This document shows positions 19,360 to 28,935 of a stretch of 32,000 nucleotides of DNA, one piece after another. The translations under genes and the position numbers were made by a program. Position 1 is the stretch's first letter. Every line of letters begins with the position of its first letter. This stretch comes from Opitutales bacterium (GTDB lineage: Bacteria > Verrucomicrobiota > Verrucomicrobiia > Opitutales > Coraliomargaritaceae), in assembly GCA_049606355.1 (NCBI GenBank), contig JBMYVL010000003.1, positions 220,676-252,675 of the forward strand, in the 5' to 3' direction. A model generated the notes under the pieces. It worked only from the letters and a program-made list of their open reading frames with translations. It was not told the origin of the DNA and ran no database searches.

Positions 19360-19429
19360 GGCAGCCGATTGCGAGCCAGCGCTCGCTTTCAAATTGCGCC
19401 GCCACCAAAAACTTTCAGCATGCAGCGCT

Positions 19430-20155
19430 ATGGCTCTTGCACAAAAATTTTTCGACACGTCCAATGCGCTGCAGGACAAGGTCTTTGCTGATAATGCGGA
19501 CACCTTGCAAACCGCCGGCGAATGGATCGCCAAGTCCATCGCGGCCGACGGAGTCCTGCACACCTTTGGCAGTGGCCACTCACAAATCCTCGCCGCCGAA
19601 ATCGAACGCCGAGCGGGCGGCCTTGTCCCGGTAAGCAGCATCAACGACCCAGCTGATGGCTGGCCGGAGCAAATCGCCGGCTACGGCGCACGCCTGTTTC
19701 AGCGCTATGCATACCAATACGCGGTGCAAGCGGGCGATGTCGTGCTGGTGATTTCCAATTCAGGTCGTAATGCCAGCCCGATCGAGGTCGCTATCGAAGC
19801 ACGGGCAGCGGGCCTCAAGGTGATCGCCATGACTTCGCTGGCGATGTCGCAAGCCACCTCCTCGCGCCACCCTACCGGCAAGAAGCTCTACGAACTCGCC
19901 GATCTCGTGCTCGACAACGGCGGCGTGCCGGGAGATGCCGCTATAGAGGCGCCCGGCTTCGCTCACAAAGTTGGACCGACCTCGACGATGAGTGGCGCCT
20001 TACTGCTCAACCTGCTGTCGATGGAGATCATCGAACACTTGATTGCACTCGGTGAGACGCCCCCCACCTACGTTAGCCAAAACGCGGATGGTGGTGCTGA
20101 ACACAACGAAGCTCTCGCTCAAAAATATAAGCATCGCATCCGCCGACCGATTTAA
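19430..20155 (+). CDS. SIS (sugar isomerase) domain protein, UPF0309-like
   Basis: '[14 protein letters not shown]' and '[32 protein letters not shown]' are typical SIS phosphosugar-binding motifs. 241 aa from the ATG at 19430. Confidence 0.75.
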   Translation: MALAQKFFDTSNALQDKVFADNADTLQTAGEWIAKSIAADGVLHTFGSGHSQILAAEIERRAGGLVPVSSINDPADGWPEQIAGYGARLFQRYAYQYAVQAGDVVLVISNSGRNASPIEVAIEARAAGLKVIAMTSLAMSQATSSRHPTGKKLYELADLVLDNGGVPGDAAIEAPGFAHKVGPTSTMSGALLLNLLSMEIIEHLIALGETPPTYVSQNADGGAEHNEALAQKYKHRIRRPI

Positions 20156-20547
20156 CGCGATTGCAGCCGAATGGTATTCATACGATTGCTGCGGCAGATA
20201 TCCATAACCGTCGTAATATGTTTGAGGGCCGCATCTTCGTCAGCCAGCAGTAATATCGGTAATTCGGGCGTCATTTGCCCCGCCAATTGAATTGCGGTCT
20301 GCAACTGCTCGACCTCCACTTGGCGATCATTCAAATACAGCTCACCGTCAGGACTCACCGCGATGACAATTTGCTCAGTTATTGCATTCTCCCCGGCGGT
20401 TTCAATTTCAGGCGCAGTAATGTTCAGCGCACTCACATGCTTGAACTGCATGGTGACCAAGAAAAAGAACAGGAGTACTGTGAGCACATCGACCAACGGG
20501 ACGATGTTGATCATCGGAGATCGGCGTCTGCGCTGAATCAAACTCAT
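20152..20547 (-). CDS. biopolymer transport protein ExbD/TolR (second copy)
   Basis: '[20 protein letters not shown]' signature. ATG at 20547 is preferred over the TTG at 20556. Confidence 0.8.
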   Translation of the reverse strand: MSLIQRRRRSPMINIVPLVDVLTVLLFFFLVTMQFKHVSALNITAPEIETAGENAITEQIVIAVSPDGELYLNDRQVEVEQLQTAIQLAGQMTPELPILLLADEDAALKHITTVMDICRSNRMNTIRLQSR

Positions 20548-20556
20548 CCAATACAA

Positions 20557-21153
20557 TTACGCCGTGGTTTCAGTTGTTGCGGCCTCTGCCTGCTTGGCTT
20601 GCTCGCTCAGGCATTCAAGGCCGACACTGAGTTGGGCGGCAAGCGCCTCCACGCGGCGCAGCAAGTACGCATGGGCAGCCAGCGCAGGGATCGCAATCGC
20701 CAGACCTACGATCGTCGTGTTCAATGCCAGGGCGATCCCTTTGATAAAGACTGCCGTATCCGGTAAACCCGTATCCGCTGAAAATCCGCCAAAGACCTGC
20801 GTCAATCCGATCACGGTACCGAGCAAGCCCAGCAGCGGTGCCGCACCAATCACGAATTCGAGTAAGAAAACACCGCGTTCCATACGACTCACTTCGAGAC
20901 GGGCATATGCGTTGAGGGCTTCCGCATCCGGACGACGTTCACGGTAAAAGGTGACGATACGACCACTCACCGACTGGAGATCGGCTGGCAACGTATCGAC
21001 CCGCCCCGCAACAAATGCTTCGAGCATGTGCACTGGCAGCACCCGCGACTGGCGCAAGGCCCACAATCGCTCTAGGGTTATCGTGGCCGCAATTAACGAG
21101 CATGCCGCTAGCGGATAGAGAAAAATACCGACGTTGGTGAAGAGTTCCATCAT
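20557..21153 (-). CDS. MotA/TolQ/ExbB proton-channel protein (second copy)
   Basis: 'GAAPLLGLLGTVIGLTQVF' motif and three TM segments. ATG at 21153 is preferred; an in-frame GTG at 21177 is the ORF-track start. Confidence 0.8.
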   Translation of the reverse strand: MMELFTNVGIFLYPLAACSLIAATITLERLWALRQSRVLPVHMLEAFVAGRVDTLPADLQSVSGRIVTFYRERRPDAEALNAYARLEVSRMERGVFLLEFVIGAAPLLGLLGTVIGLTQVFGGFSADTGLPDTAVFIKGIALALNTTIVGLAIAIPALAAHAYLLRRVEALAAQLSVGLECLSEQAKQAEAATTETTA

Positions 21154-21234
21154 GGATTGATGACGCAAAGCCAACACGCCTCCGGGCCGAGAGGCAAGCC
21201 ATCGCTGCGCACCACTCGGGCACGCGGCCAGCGC

Positions 21235-21837
21235 TTAAGCCTGCAGATAGGGCAATTGCCGGGCAACCCCCGCGACTGCATCGGCTCCCGACAGCAGTTC
21301 GTTCAATGGGTCATAAGCGCCACTCAACAAACTCTCGCGCGCATTCGGCTTGATCGCGCAGGCAATCGACTGATCTCCAAACCAAATTTTGTGGTCCTGG
21401 ATATCAATGGTGATCTCCAGTTGTGGATTCGCCTCAATCGCGGCAGCCAAAACTTCGCGATCTGCATCACTGGCAGTGACACACACCACACCGAGGTTAG
21501 TCGAGTTGCCAAAAAAGATCTCAGCAAAACTGCCGGCAACAATCGCGGTGTAACCGGCACGCAGTATCGCCTGAGGCGCGTGCTCGCGCGAACTGCCACA
21601 GCCGAAATTGTTACCGCTTACAATAATATTGGCGCCTTTAAAGCGTGCATCATTTAGGTTGTGCACCTTGTCGGCACCGTCTTGATCCTTGCGCACGTCG
21701 TAGAAGAAATACTCTCCCAGCCCGTCGAAGGTAATGCACTTCATGAAACGTGCTGGAATGATACGGTCGGTATCGATGTCATCGCCGGGCACAAAAACGC
21801 CGCGGCCGGTTACTTGTTGAATGGGTTCGGTTGCCAT
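21235..21837 (-). CDS. leuD: 3-isopropylmalate dehydratase small subunit
   Basis: 'GNNFGCGSSREHAPQAI' motif. 200 aa, directly downstream of leuC. Confidence 0.92.
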   Translation of the reverse strand: MATEPIQQVTGRGVFVPGDDIDTDRIIPARFMKCITFDGLGEYFFYDVRKDQDGADKVHNLNDARFKGANIIVSGNNFGCGSSREHAPQAILRAGYTAIVAGSFAEIFFGNSTNLGVVCVTASDADREVLAAAIEANPQLEITIDIQDHKIWFGDQSIACAIKPNARESLLSGAYDPLNELLSGADAVAGVARQLPYLQA

Positions 21838-21882
21838 GATGCTAAGTAGTTTGAAAGGAGAGAGACGGTGATGCGGCTGAGC

Positions 21883-23307
21883 TTATGCAATCGCGGCATC
21901 CACACTGAAGACTTCACGCGCATCCGTGACCTCACCGGTGATTGCTGCCGCAGCCACCATTAAGGGACTCATGAGCATGGTACGGCCAGTCGGCGAGCCT
22001 TGGCGGCCCTTGAAATTACGATTGGAGGAACTGGCGCACAATTGGTCGCCAATCAGCTTGTCCGGATTCATCGCTAAGCACATCGAGCAACCCGCGCCGC
22101 GCCATTCGAATCCGGCATCAGTAAAGATCGTGTGCAGCCCCAACTGCTCCGCAATTTGCGCGACGACCTGCGAACCGGGCACGACAATCGCCTGCACCCC
22201 ATCCGCTACGCGGTGACCCTTCACATATTTGGCCACCTCCTGGAGGTCAGACAAACGACCATTGGTGCACGAACCGATGAAAGCGACATCGATCTTTTTG
22301 CCTTTGATCGCCGACCCGCCTTCAAACTTCATGTACTCCAGCGCCTCACCGATGGACTCACGCTCCGATTCAGTGGCACCATTGGCGATGGCTGGAATCG
22401 TTTCGTTGATCCCCACCCCCTGACTGGGAGTGATTCCCCAGGTCACCGTCGGCTCAATATCGGCCGCGTTGATCTCAACCACATCGTCGTACGTGCAATC
22501 CGCATCGGATGCATACGACTTCCAATCCTTCACTGCAGCATCCCATGCCTCGCCTGAAGGTGAATAAGGACGCCCCTTGAGATAGTCGAAAGTCGTTTCA
22601 TCGGGATTGACATAGCCGACGCGCGCGCCGCCTTCGATGGACATATTGCACACGGTCATCCGCTCCTCCATCGTCATGCCATCAAAAGTGGAGCCACCGT
22701 ACTCATAGGCAAAACCAGTGCCACCTTGGGTACCCAACAAGCGAATAATGTGGAGAATCACATCCTTCGCATACACACCGGGGCGCAATGCACCGTCGAC
22801 ATTGATGCGACGGACTTTCAATTCACCCAGCGCAATGGTCTGAGTTGCCAACACATCGCGGACTTGGCTGGTACCGATACCAAAGGCAATCGCACCAAAC
22901 GCTCCGTGGGTCGCCGTGTGTGAGTCACCACAGGCAATCGTCGTGCCCGGCTGGGTGATGCCCTGCTCCGGACCGACAATGTGCACCACGCCTTGCTTAC
23001 CGGTATTGGTGTCGAAGAAAGTGATGTTGTTCTCCGCACAATTCTTACGCAATTCCTCGATCATCCCTTGCGCGAGCGGATCGCTGTATGGCTCGACTGC
23101 CTCGTTGGTAGGCACGATATGGTCAACCGTTGCAAAGGTGCGTTGCGGGTACTGCACCTTAAGCCCTTTGTCGCGCAGCATGCCGAAGGCCTGCGGACTG
23201 GTCACCTCATGAATCAAGTGCGTGCCGATTAATAACTGCGTCTGACCATTCGCCAGCGTGCGAACCGCGTGCGCGTCCCATACCTTTTTAAATAAACTTT
23301 TACCCAT
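21883..23307 (-). CDS. leuC: 3-isopropylmalate dehydratase large subunit
   Basis: Aconitase-family Fe-S ligand motifs 'ACGDSHT', 'IGSCTNGR' and 'GCSMCLAMN'. Start at the ATG at 23307 ('[13 protein letters not shown]'); the 35-codon upstream extension of the ORF is rejected. Confidence 0.93.
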   Translation of the reverse strand: MGKSLFKKVWDAHAVRTLANGQTQLLIGTHLIHEVTSPQAFGMLRDKGLKVQYPQRTFATVDHIVPTNEAVEPYSDPLAQGMIEELRKNCAENNITFFDTNTGKQGVVHIVGPEQGITQPGTTIACGDSHTATHGAFGAIAFGIGTSQVRDVLATQTIALGELKVRRINVDGALRPGVYAKDVILHIIRLLGTQGGTGFAYEYGGSTFDGMTMEERMTVCNMSIEGGARVGYVNPDETTFDYLKGRPYSPSGEAWDAAVKDWKSYASDADCTYDDVVEINAADIEPTVTWGITPSQGVGINETIPAIANGATESERESIGEALEYMKFEGGSAIKGKKIDVAFIGSCTNGRLSDLQEVAKYVKGHRVADGVQAIVVPGSQVVAQIAEQLGLHTIFTDAGFEWRGAGCSMCLAMNPDKLIGDQLCASSSNRNFKGRQGSPTGRTMLMSPLMVAAAAITGEVTDAREVFSVDAAIA

Positions 23308-23433
23308 AGTCGTGTTCCTTACTGAGTGCTGTCCCAATCTCAAAAGGGTCTCAATAAGGAAAGCTTTGCGGCGGGTGGCAAGTGCGAATGGAAAAATTGC
23401 GCGGCGGGCCACTCAGGTATTTTTGCCGGACAC

Positions 23434-23461
23434 AAAAAAAGCCCGCAGGCGAACTGCGGGC
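23434..23461 (-). terminator. rho-independent terminator downstream of the HU gene
   Basis: gcccgcag-gcgaa-ctgcgggc: an 8-bp GC-rich stem (23441-23461). On the minus strand it is followed by a 7-nt T-run (plus-strand A-run 23434-23440). It begins 40 nt past the HU stop. Confidence 0.75.
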
Positions 23462-23500
23462 TTTGCTGGAAGAATAAATCTTTAGTTTGGGGTCGGTTGC

Positions 23501-23776
<276 letters not shown>

Positions 23777-23906
23777 AAACGTAGTATTTTATTATTGAGG
23801 TTATTTGACCGATTGGTCGCAGCGAAAACACTAAGCGGAACGCGTTTCGTCAAACATAAATTCGCCGCAAGCCCTTATTTTTTGCGGATTGCAGCGGCAT
23901 CCACCG

Positions 23907-24128
23907 CTACAAATCGCTCCCAGACTCCGGTGGGAGCCCCTGCCGTGCGCGAATCACCTGTTTCAATAGGTTCTCCGTCGACTCTACTAAAGTAATTTCA
24001 CGCTCGACCGCCAATTGGGCGGCGCGCTTTAAAAGCTGCTGGGCGAGTACGCCGGCCTGCGTGCGATCGGCACCCATCTGTTCAAACAGCGCGGTCACTC
24101 TCGCTAAGTCTGTATCCTTGGCTTGCAT
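23907..24128 (-). CDS. hypothetical small protein (73 aa, predicted all-helical)
   Basis: The ATG at 24128 lies 1 nt after the ygfZ stop (minus strand TAG-T-ATG), which suggests translational coupling. Codon choice looks like the neighbouring genes. I recognise no family. Confidence 0.45.
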   Translation of the reverse strand: MQAKDTDLARVTALFEQMGADRTQAGVLAQQLLKRAAQLAVEREITLVESTENLLKQVIRARQGLPPESGSDL

Positions 24129-24129
24129 A

Positions 24130-25035
24130 CTATACAACGCGAAGTGGGTTCAACACCGTCACATCTCCGCACTCCGCTGCGATCGGGCTAGCTGCCTGCA
24201 CGTGGTGCAACTTCAGCAACGCGACCCCCAGCCAGCCGGAATCAAGGGCAACCGCGGTGCGCAACTCACCCGCGCTCTTGCCGCCCGCAGTCCTTAGAAG
24301 CACAGGGCAGTCCGGCACCTCGCCCTCGCCTTGCACGCGATATAAAGCCCGGCGCGCCTGACCGAGATTGTGCATCCGCGCCACCACTTCTTGGCCAAGG
24401 AAACAGCCTTTGGTAAACGATAGCGCATCCGCTTCGAAGCCACCTTCACCCGGTAACTCAGTCGGCCCAATTTCCTGCGGGACCAAAGGTATCCCAGCGG
24501 CGATACGCTGCTGTTGCAGCCATGCAAGGTCGGTCGCCGCCACGCCGGCGGCGTGCAACCGCGCCGCAAACGCGGCCGCGGCCGCCGCTGTTTCAAAAAT
24601 TACCTCGTAGCTCGGCTGTCGCGCACGCCGCCCGGCAAAGATCACACCGTCCTGCGTGCGGACAAAGCGTCCCGGTTCGGGGCACGCTTCCAGCAGCGTG
24701 GCGGCATCCGTACCAATCAGCGCACAGGCAGACCTAGCGGGAGATGCTTCAATACAGACATCATCGGCAATGATATGACGTTCTAACTTTGCTTGCAACT
24801 CACTGGCAATCGCGTGCTCGCTCAGCACCCAAAAAGCCTCAGGGCCTTCGCACAGGACCCAGCTATCGGCGATCACCTTGCCTTTGACATCCAACCACAA
24901 GCCATAGGTGCACTGCCCCGCCTCAAAGGGGCGCAGCTCCTGGCTAAACTGGCTCTGCAAAAAATCCGCCGCGTCTTCATCACTGACGCGCAAGCGCGCC
25001 CCGATGGTATAGTTATATGCGTGCACTGCATTCAT
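24130..25035 (-). CDS. ygfZ: folate-binding YgfZ / GcvT-like protein (Fe-S cluster repair and tRNA-modification associated)
   Basis: YgfZ signature 'TKGCFLGQEVVARM' (K-G-C-[YF]-x-G-Q-E). 301 aa with GcvT-like N-terminal region. Confidence 0.8.
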   Translation of the reverse strand: MNAVHAYNYTIGARLRVSDEDAADFLQSQFSQELRPFEAGQCTYGLWLDVKGKVIADSWVLCEGPEAFWVLSEHAIASELQAKLERHIIADDVCIEASPARSACALIGTDAATLLEACPEPGRFVRTQDGVIFAGRRARQPSYEVIFETAAAAAAFAARLHAAGVAATDLAWLQQQRIAAGIPLVPQEIGPTELPGEGGFEADALSFTKGCFLGQEVVARMHNLGQARRALYRVQGEGEVPDCPVLLRTAGGKSAGELRTAVALDSGWLGVALLKLHHVQAASPIAAECGDVTVLNPLRVV

Positions 25036-25148
25036 CTAGGCCGAGCTTTGCGGCGTATTCTCAAAGTTTCAACTGGCGAGTGCAGGTTTTACAGCAAGCT
25101 GAATTCTAGCTTGTTACGGCGAGCAAGGTCCGCTATCACTCCCGCTTC

Positions 25149-26204
25149 GTGAAAAAAGTCACCGATATCAACATCACTTCCAAGACGCTGCTTCCGTCAC
25201 CCACCGACCTCTGTGAGGCGATCGAAAAAACGGACGCAGCGGCGCAATTTGTCGCGGAAAGCCGCGATGCCATTCATAAGATCATCTTCGGCGATGACCG
25301 ACGCCTGCTGGTAGTTGTCGGGCCCTGCTCGATCCATGATATCCACGCCGGCCGCGACTACGCGCAGAAAATCGCGCGCCTCGCCGAGGAAGTGAAAGAC
25401 CGCATGCTGTTGGTGATGCGCGTTTATTTCGAAAAGCCACGCACGACGGTTGGCTGGAAGGGCTTAATTATGGATCCCAAGTTGGACGGCACCAGCGACA
25501 TCCCTGAAGGACTGCGCATCGCCCGCAACTTCCTCAAAGAAGTCATCGAGCTCGGCGTGCCGACTGCGACCGAGTTACTCGATCCGATCACGCCGCAGTA
25601 TATTGCCGATCTCGTCTGTTGGTCGGCGATTGGTGCGCGCACCACCGAGAGTCAAACGCACCGTCAAATGGCCTCGGGTCTGTCGATGCCGCTCGGCTTC
25701 AAAAACGGTACCGACGGAGGTTTGGCTGTTGCGATCAATGCGATTAAGGCTGCCAGCCAACCGCAAACCTTCCTCGGGATCGATAATCAAGGACAGGCCA
25801 ACGCACTGACCACCAAAGGGAACCCGAACTGCCACATCGTGCTGCGCGGCGGTTCACATGGGCCCAATTATGGCGCGGACGACGTCGCGGTTGCGCGGGA
25901 ACAACTCGAAGCCGCCGGCTTGACCCCCGCCATTATGATCGATTGTAGCCATGCCAATAGTGGCAAAGACCCCGCACGCCAACCAGAGGTCTTCAGCGAA
26001 CTGGTGCGGCAAAGTTTGACTGATCGCAGTGTGATCGGTGCCATGGTGGAAAGTAACCTGCAGGCCGGCAGCCAGAGTTTTCCGCAGCCGGTCGAAGCCC
26101 TTCAGTACGGCGTCTCCATCACCGATGGCTGCATCGACTGGGCGACCACTGAACGCATCCTGCGCGAGGCCCACAGCACCCTCGCTCCGCTTTTTGACAG
26201 CTAG
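25149..26204 (+). CDS. aroG: 3-deoxy-7-phosphoheptulonate (DAHP) synthase, class I; isozyme and feedback specificity not determinable
   Basis: 'VVVGPCSIHD', 'EKPRTTVGWKGL', 'IMIDCSHANS'. 351 aa with GTG start at 25149. Confidence 0.88.
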   Translation: MKKVTDINITSKTLLPSPTDLCEAIEKTDAAAQFVAESRDAIHKIIFGDDRRLLVVVGPCSIHDIHAGRDYAQKIARLAEEVKDRMLLVMRVYFEKPRTTVGWKGLIMDPKLDGTSDIPEGLRIARNFLKEVIELGVPTATELLDPITPQYIADLVCWSAIGARTTESQTHRQMASGLSMPLGFKNGTDGGLAVAINAIKAASQPQTFLGIDNQGQANALTTKGNPNCHIVLRGGSHGPNYGADDVAVAREQLEAAGLTPAIMIDCSHANSGKDPARQPEVFSELVRQSLTDRSVIGAMVESNLQAGSQSFPQPVEALQYGVSITDGCIDWATTERILREAHSTLAPLFDS

Positions 26205-26317
26205 TTCCTAAAGTGCCCCATAAGGCGGCCTACTGGCTGTGCTGCACACCCAGTTGAGCTTCGCCTCGGGCACCATCCACCCCCAACTTAAGAGTCCTTA
26301 CCATAACTCACAAAATC

Positions 26318-27307
26318 ATGAGCAAACAACCCATTCGTGTCGCAGTCACCGGTGCCGCCGGTAATATTGGCTATGCCCTATTGTTTCGCATCGCATCGGG
26401 AGCGATGTTTGGCCCGGACCAACCGGTCGCGCTCAATCTAATTGAAATTCCGCCCGCACTGGACGCACTCAAGGGCGTGGTCATGGAGCTCGATGACTGT
26501 GCCTTTCCGCTACTCGAGGATGTCGTCGCCACCACCGACTTGAACGAAGGCTTTAAAGACGTCAATTGGGCGCTGCTCGTTGGTTCGGTACCGCGCAAGG
26601 CAGGCATGGAGCGTGCTGACCTGCTGGGCATCAATGGCAAAGTCTTTACCGGTCAGGGGCAAGCGATTGCCGCGCATGCGGCCGCCGATGTGCGCGTGCT
26701 GGTGGTCGGCAACCCGTGCAATACCAATTGCCTGATCGCGATGAACAATGCCGCCGGCATCCCCAAGGATCGCTTCTTTGCAATGACCATGCTCGATGAA
26801 AATCGCGCCAAGACTCAGCTCGCACAAAAAGCCGGCGTTGCGGTGAGCGCGGTGACCAACATGACCATCTGGGGCAATCACTCCGCCACTCAATACCCGG
26901 ACTTCTATACCGCACAGATCAACGGCCGATCCGCCGCCGAAGTCATCGATGATGAAGTCTGGTTACAAAACGAATTTATCCCCACCGTGCAAAAACGCGG
27001 CGCGGCTATTATCGCGGCGCGCGGCGCCTCCTCCGCGGCCTCTGCAGCCAATGGGATTGTCGACTCCGTACGCAAGCTCACTACGGATACGCCGGCTGGG
27101 GATAGCTTCAGCATGTGTATCTGCTCGGATGGCAGCTATGGCACGACGGCAGGCTTAATCACCTCCCTCCCCTGCCGTGTCGACAACGGTCAACTCAGTG
27201 TCGTCCAGGGGCTAGCAATCCATGCGTTCAGCCGCGAGAAAATCGATTTAACCGTGCAGGAACTCGAAGACGAGCGTGCTGCAGTTAAAGATCTACTCCC
27301 CGGCTAA
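26318..27307 (+). CDS. mdh: malate dehydrogenase (LDH-like MDH clade)
   Basis: '[21 protein letters not shown]' Rossmann motif, '[13 protein letters not shown]' and '[12 protein letters not shown]'. 329 aa. Confidence 0.93.
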   Translation: MSKQPIRVAVTGAAGNIGYALLFRIASGAMFGPDQPVALNLIEIPPALDALKGVVMELDDCAFPLLEDVVATTDLNEGFKDVNWALLVGSVPRKAGMERADLLGINGKVFTGQGQAIAAHAAADVRVLVVGNPCNTNCLIAMNNAAGIPKDRFFAMTMLDENRAKTQLAQKAGVAVSAVTNMTIWGNHSATQYPDFYTAQINGRSAAEVIDDEVWLQNEFIPTVQKRGAAIIAARGASSAASAANGIVDSVRKLTTDTPAGDSFSMCICSDGSYGTTAGLITSLPCRVDNGQLSVVQGLAIHAFSREKIDLTVQELEDERAAVKDLLPG

Positions 27308-27674
27308 CTGCTGGCGCAGCGCCGAAGCGCTATGCGTACTAAGGACAGACCCTTTCGCCTCCCACAAAGATACTTCTGGTGCTGCTTTAATTTAACATCT
27401 ACCCAGTCTTAAACTCACCTAAACAATCGTGCAGAAAGTTGTGTCTGCTTGAACTTTCTATGCAGTCGCAGCAGTTCGCACGGTTCTCAAATTCTTCGAG
27501 CATGTCAACCTGCTCCGCAAAGGTGGACAATGGTAAGAAGGTAACCGAATCGTTGGTCTGAATAATAACCAAACTGAACGAATCAGGCGAACATAGTACA
27601 TTTCATGTTCATCAAAGCCCCCTCTTACTAAACGAAGAGTTCTCTTAACAACTACTAGCAACCTTGAGTACTCC

Positions 27675-28424
27675 ATGACTCCTCGCCCACACACCCATCC
27701 ATCGTCACTAAAATGTGGTAAGATTAAGCTTCAGTTGAATGGGTCCCTCTTGGCATTCAAGTTCCCCCACCAGGGAAATACTGCGATTCATCTCCAAAGT
27801 ATTCTAAAAGGAGAAGTCTACCCAAGCCTTAGACATCTAGGCTTTCAGCCGACTCGCATCATTGACATCGGAGCGAACTTGGGAGCAAGTGCGGTTTTTT
27901 TCCACAGCCAGTACCCGGAAGCCGCGATTGATTGCTTTGAGCCCAGTTCTGAAAACTTTAAACTGTTAAGCGAGAATTTATCCTCTCTGCCGAAAGTATC
28001 GCTGCATCATTTCGGGCTGTTTAAGGAGGCCAAGGAAGCGACCCTCTACAACGGACAAAATCAGGGCCTGCAGCATTCAATTTTCCCCAGCGCGGAAGTC
28101 ACATCGCAGGGCGAAAGCATTCAACTCAAAGATGTCCGGCAAGTCCTAGCCGGCAGCATCGAGGCCAATACCCTCATTAAGATTGATACTGAAGGCTGCG
28201 AACTGCCGATCCTCGAACGCCTGGCATTTGCCTTGGATCAATTGAAAGTCATCTACCTCGAGTTCCACTCGGAAAAAGACCGCATCGCAATCGATGGATT
28301 GCTGGAGCAGACGCACGGTCTGTGGCACGCCGCGGTCAAAAACCCGCACCGGGGAGACCTCTGTTATGTCCATCGCTCCCTATGGGAAAATAGTCCCCAT
28401 ATTGAAGCGCAAAGGGTGCATTAA
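27675..28424 (+). CDS. FkbM family SAM-dependent methyltransferase
   Basis: 'IIDIGANLGASAVFF', 'CFEPSSENFKLLSENL' and 'IKIDTEGCELPIL' match the FkbM-family pattern. 249 aa. The start is uncertain because no SD is visible. Sampled lines are about 45-47% GC. Confidence 0.75.
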   Translation: MTPRPHTHPSSLKCGKIKLQLNGSLLAFKFPHQGNTAIHLQSILKGEVYPSLRHLGFQPTRIIDIGANLGASAVFFHSQYPEAAIDCFEPSSENFKLLSENLSSLPKVSLHHFGLFKEAKEATLYNGQNQGLQHSIFPSAEVTSQGESIQLKDVRQVLAGSIEANTLIKIDTEGCELPILERLAFALDQLKVIYLEFHSEKDRIAIDGLLEQTHGLWHAAVKNPHRGDLCYVHRSLWENSPHIEAQRVH

Positions 28425-28880
28425 ACTTGGCTGACGTAGCTTTGCGCTACCGACCTAGGATACTTCGAATCAGCCATCCGCAACTATGAGGGGTCCACGG
28501 GAAGAAGTAGCTGCCGAACTGTGCCGACACTCCTTTGCTTCGCGGTGATTATTAAACGCAACGATCCATGATCGCAATGCCGTTCGTCCGGCTCCCAACC
28601 ACACGGAGAGCCAAAATTGCTCGTACTGGTTTCAGCCAAACCAGTCCAAGTCAAGCTAGAGAATAGCAGCTTACTACCTGCCTGCTGAATGAACTCGGAC
28701 GCTAGAAGAACGACTCAAAGCAGTTAGCTGTAATTGTATCCCTGCTGGAGCCCTTAATCGAGCGACTGGAACATTCCATCGATTGCTAGCATCCCACAAA
28801 AGCTGAATGGGTTTTAGCTCTCTCAGGGGCGTATAAGCGCAGCCAGAGTAAATCGATCCGTAGCTAAAAACTGGATGCAG

Positions 28881-28918
28881 GATTCCAAGTGCATTTGAAT
28901 TCGAATGCACTTGGAATC
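28881..28918 (-). terminator. 38-nt near-perfect palindrome 18 nt past the autotransporter stop (putative terminator hairpin)
   Basis: gattccaagtgcatt-tgaattcg-aatgcacttggaatc: perfect 15-bp arms, with central GAATTC. The nearest minus-strand T-run (TTTTT) is about 10 nt beyond the stem, so this is not a canonical intrinsic terminator. Confidence 0.4.
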
Positions 28919-28935
28919 AAGTCGCGCTGCAAATC

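Noticed and set aside
23308-23433. Possible leucine attenuator or leader upstream of leuC. Also a 12-mer, AGCTTTGCGGCG, shared between the leuC (23362-23373) and ygfZ (25044-25055) upstream regions, with a 9-nt partial copy at 28438-28446.
   Set aside because: There is no Leu-codon-rich leader peptide and no terminator/antiterminator pair. For the shared 12-mer, a rough estimate suggests that one such match among about 3 kb of intergenic DNA is not improbable. The distances to the start codons also differ (55 vs 9 nt).
27458-27694. 78-aa minus-strand ORF in the mdh-FkbM spacer, and the 78-aa ORF at 28674-28910
   Set aside because: No RBS, no motifs and Arg/Leu/Ser-rich low-complexity translations. 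One overlaps the FkbM start and the other begins inside the 38-nt palindrome. I treat both as non-coding.
28437-28866. Enrichment of TAGCT (5 copies) and AGCTA in the 511-bp spacer, the same half-site as the TAGCTT/AAGCTA palindrome upstream of marR
   Set aside because: Spacing is irregular (71, 217, 90 and 46 nt), the flanks are not conserved, and TAG-containing words are expected to be enriched in non-coding AT-rich DNA. I cannot establish significance without a genome-wide k-mer background.
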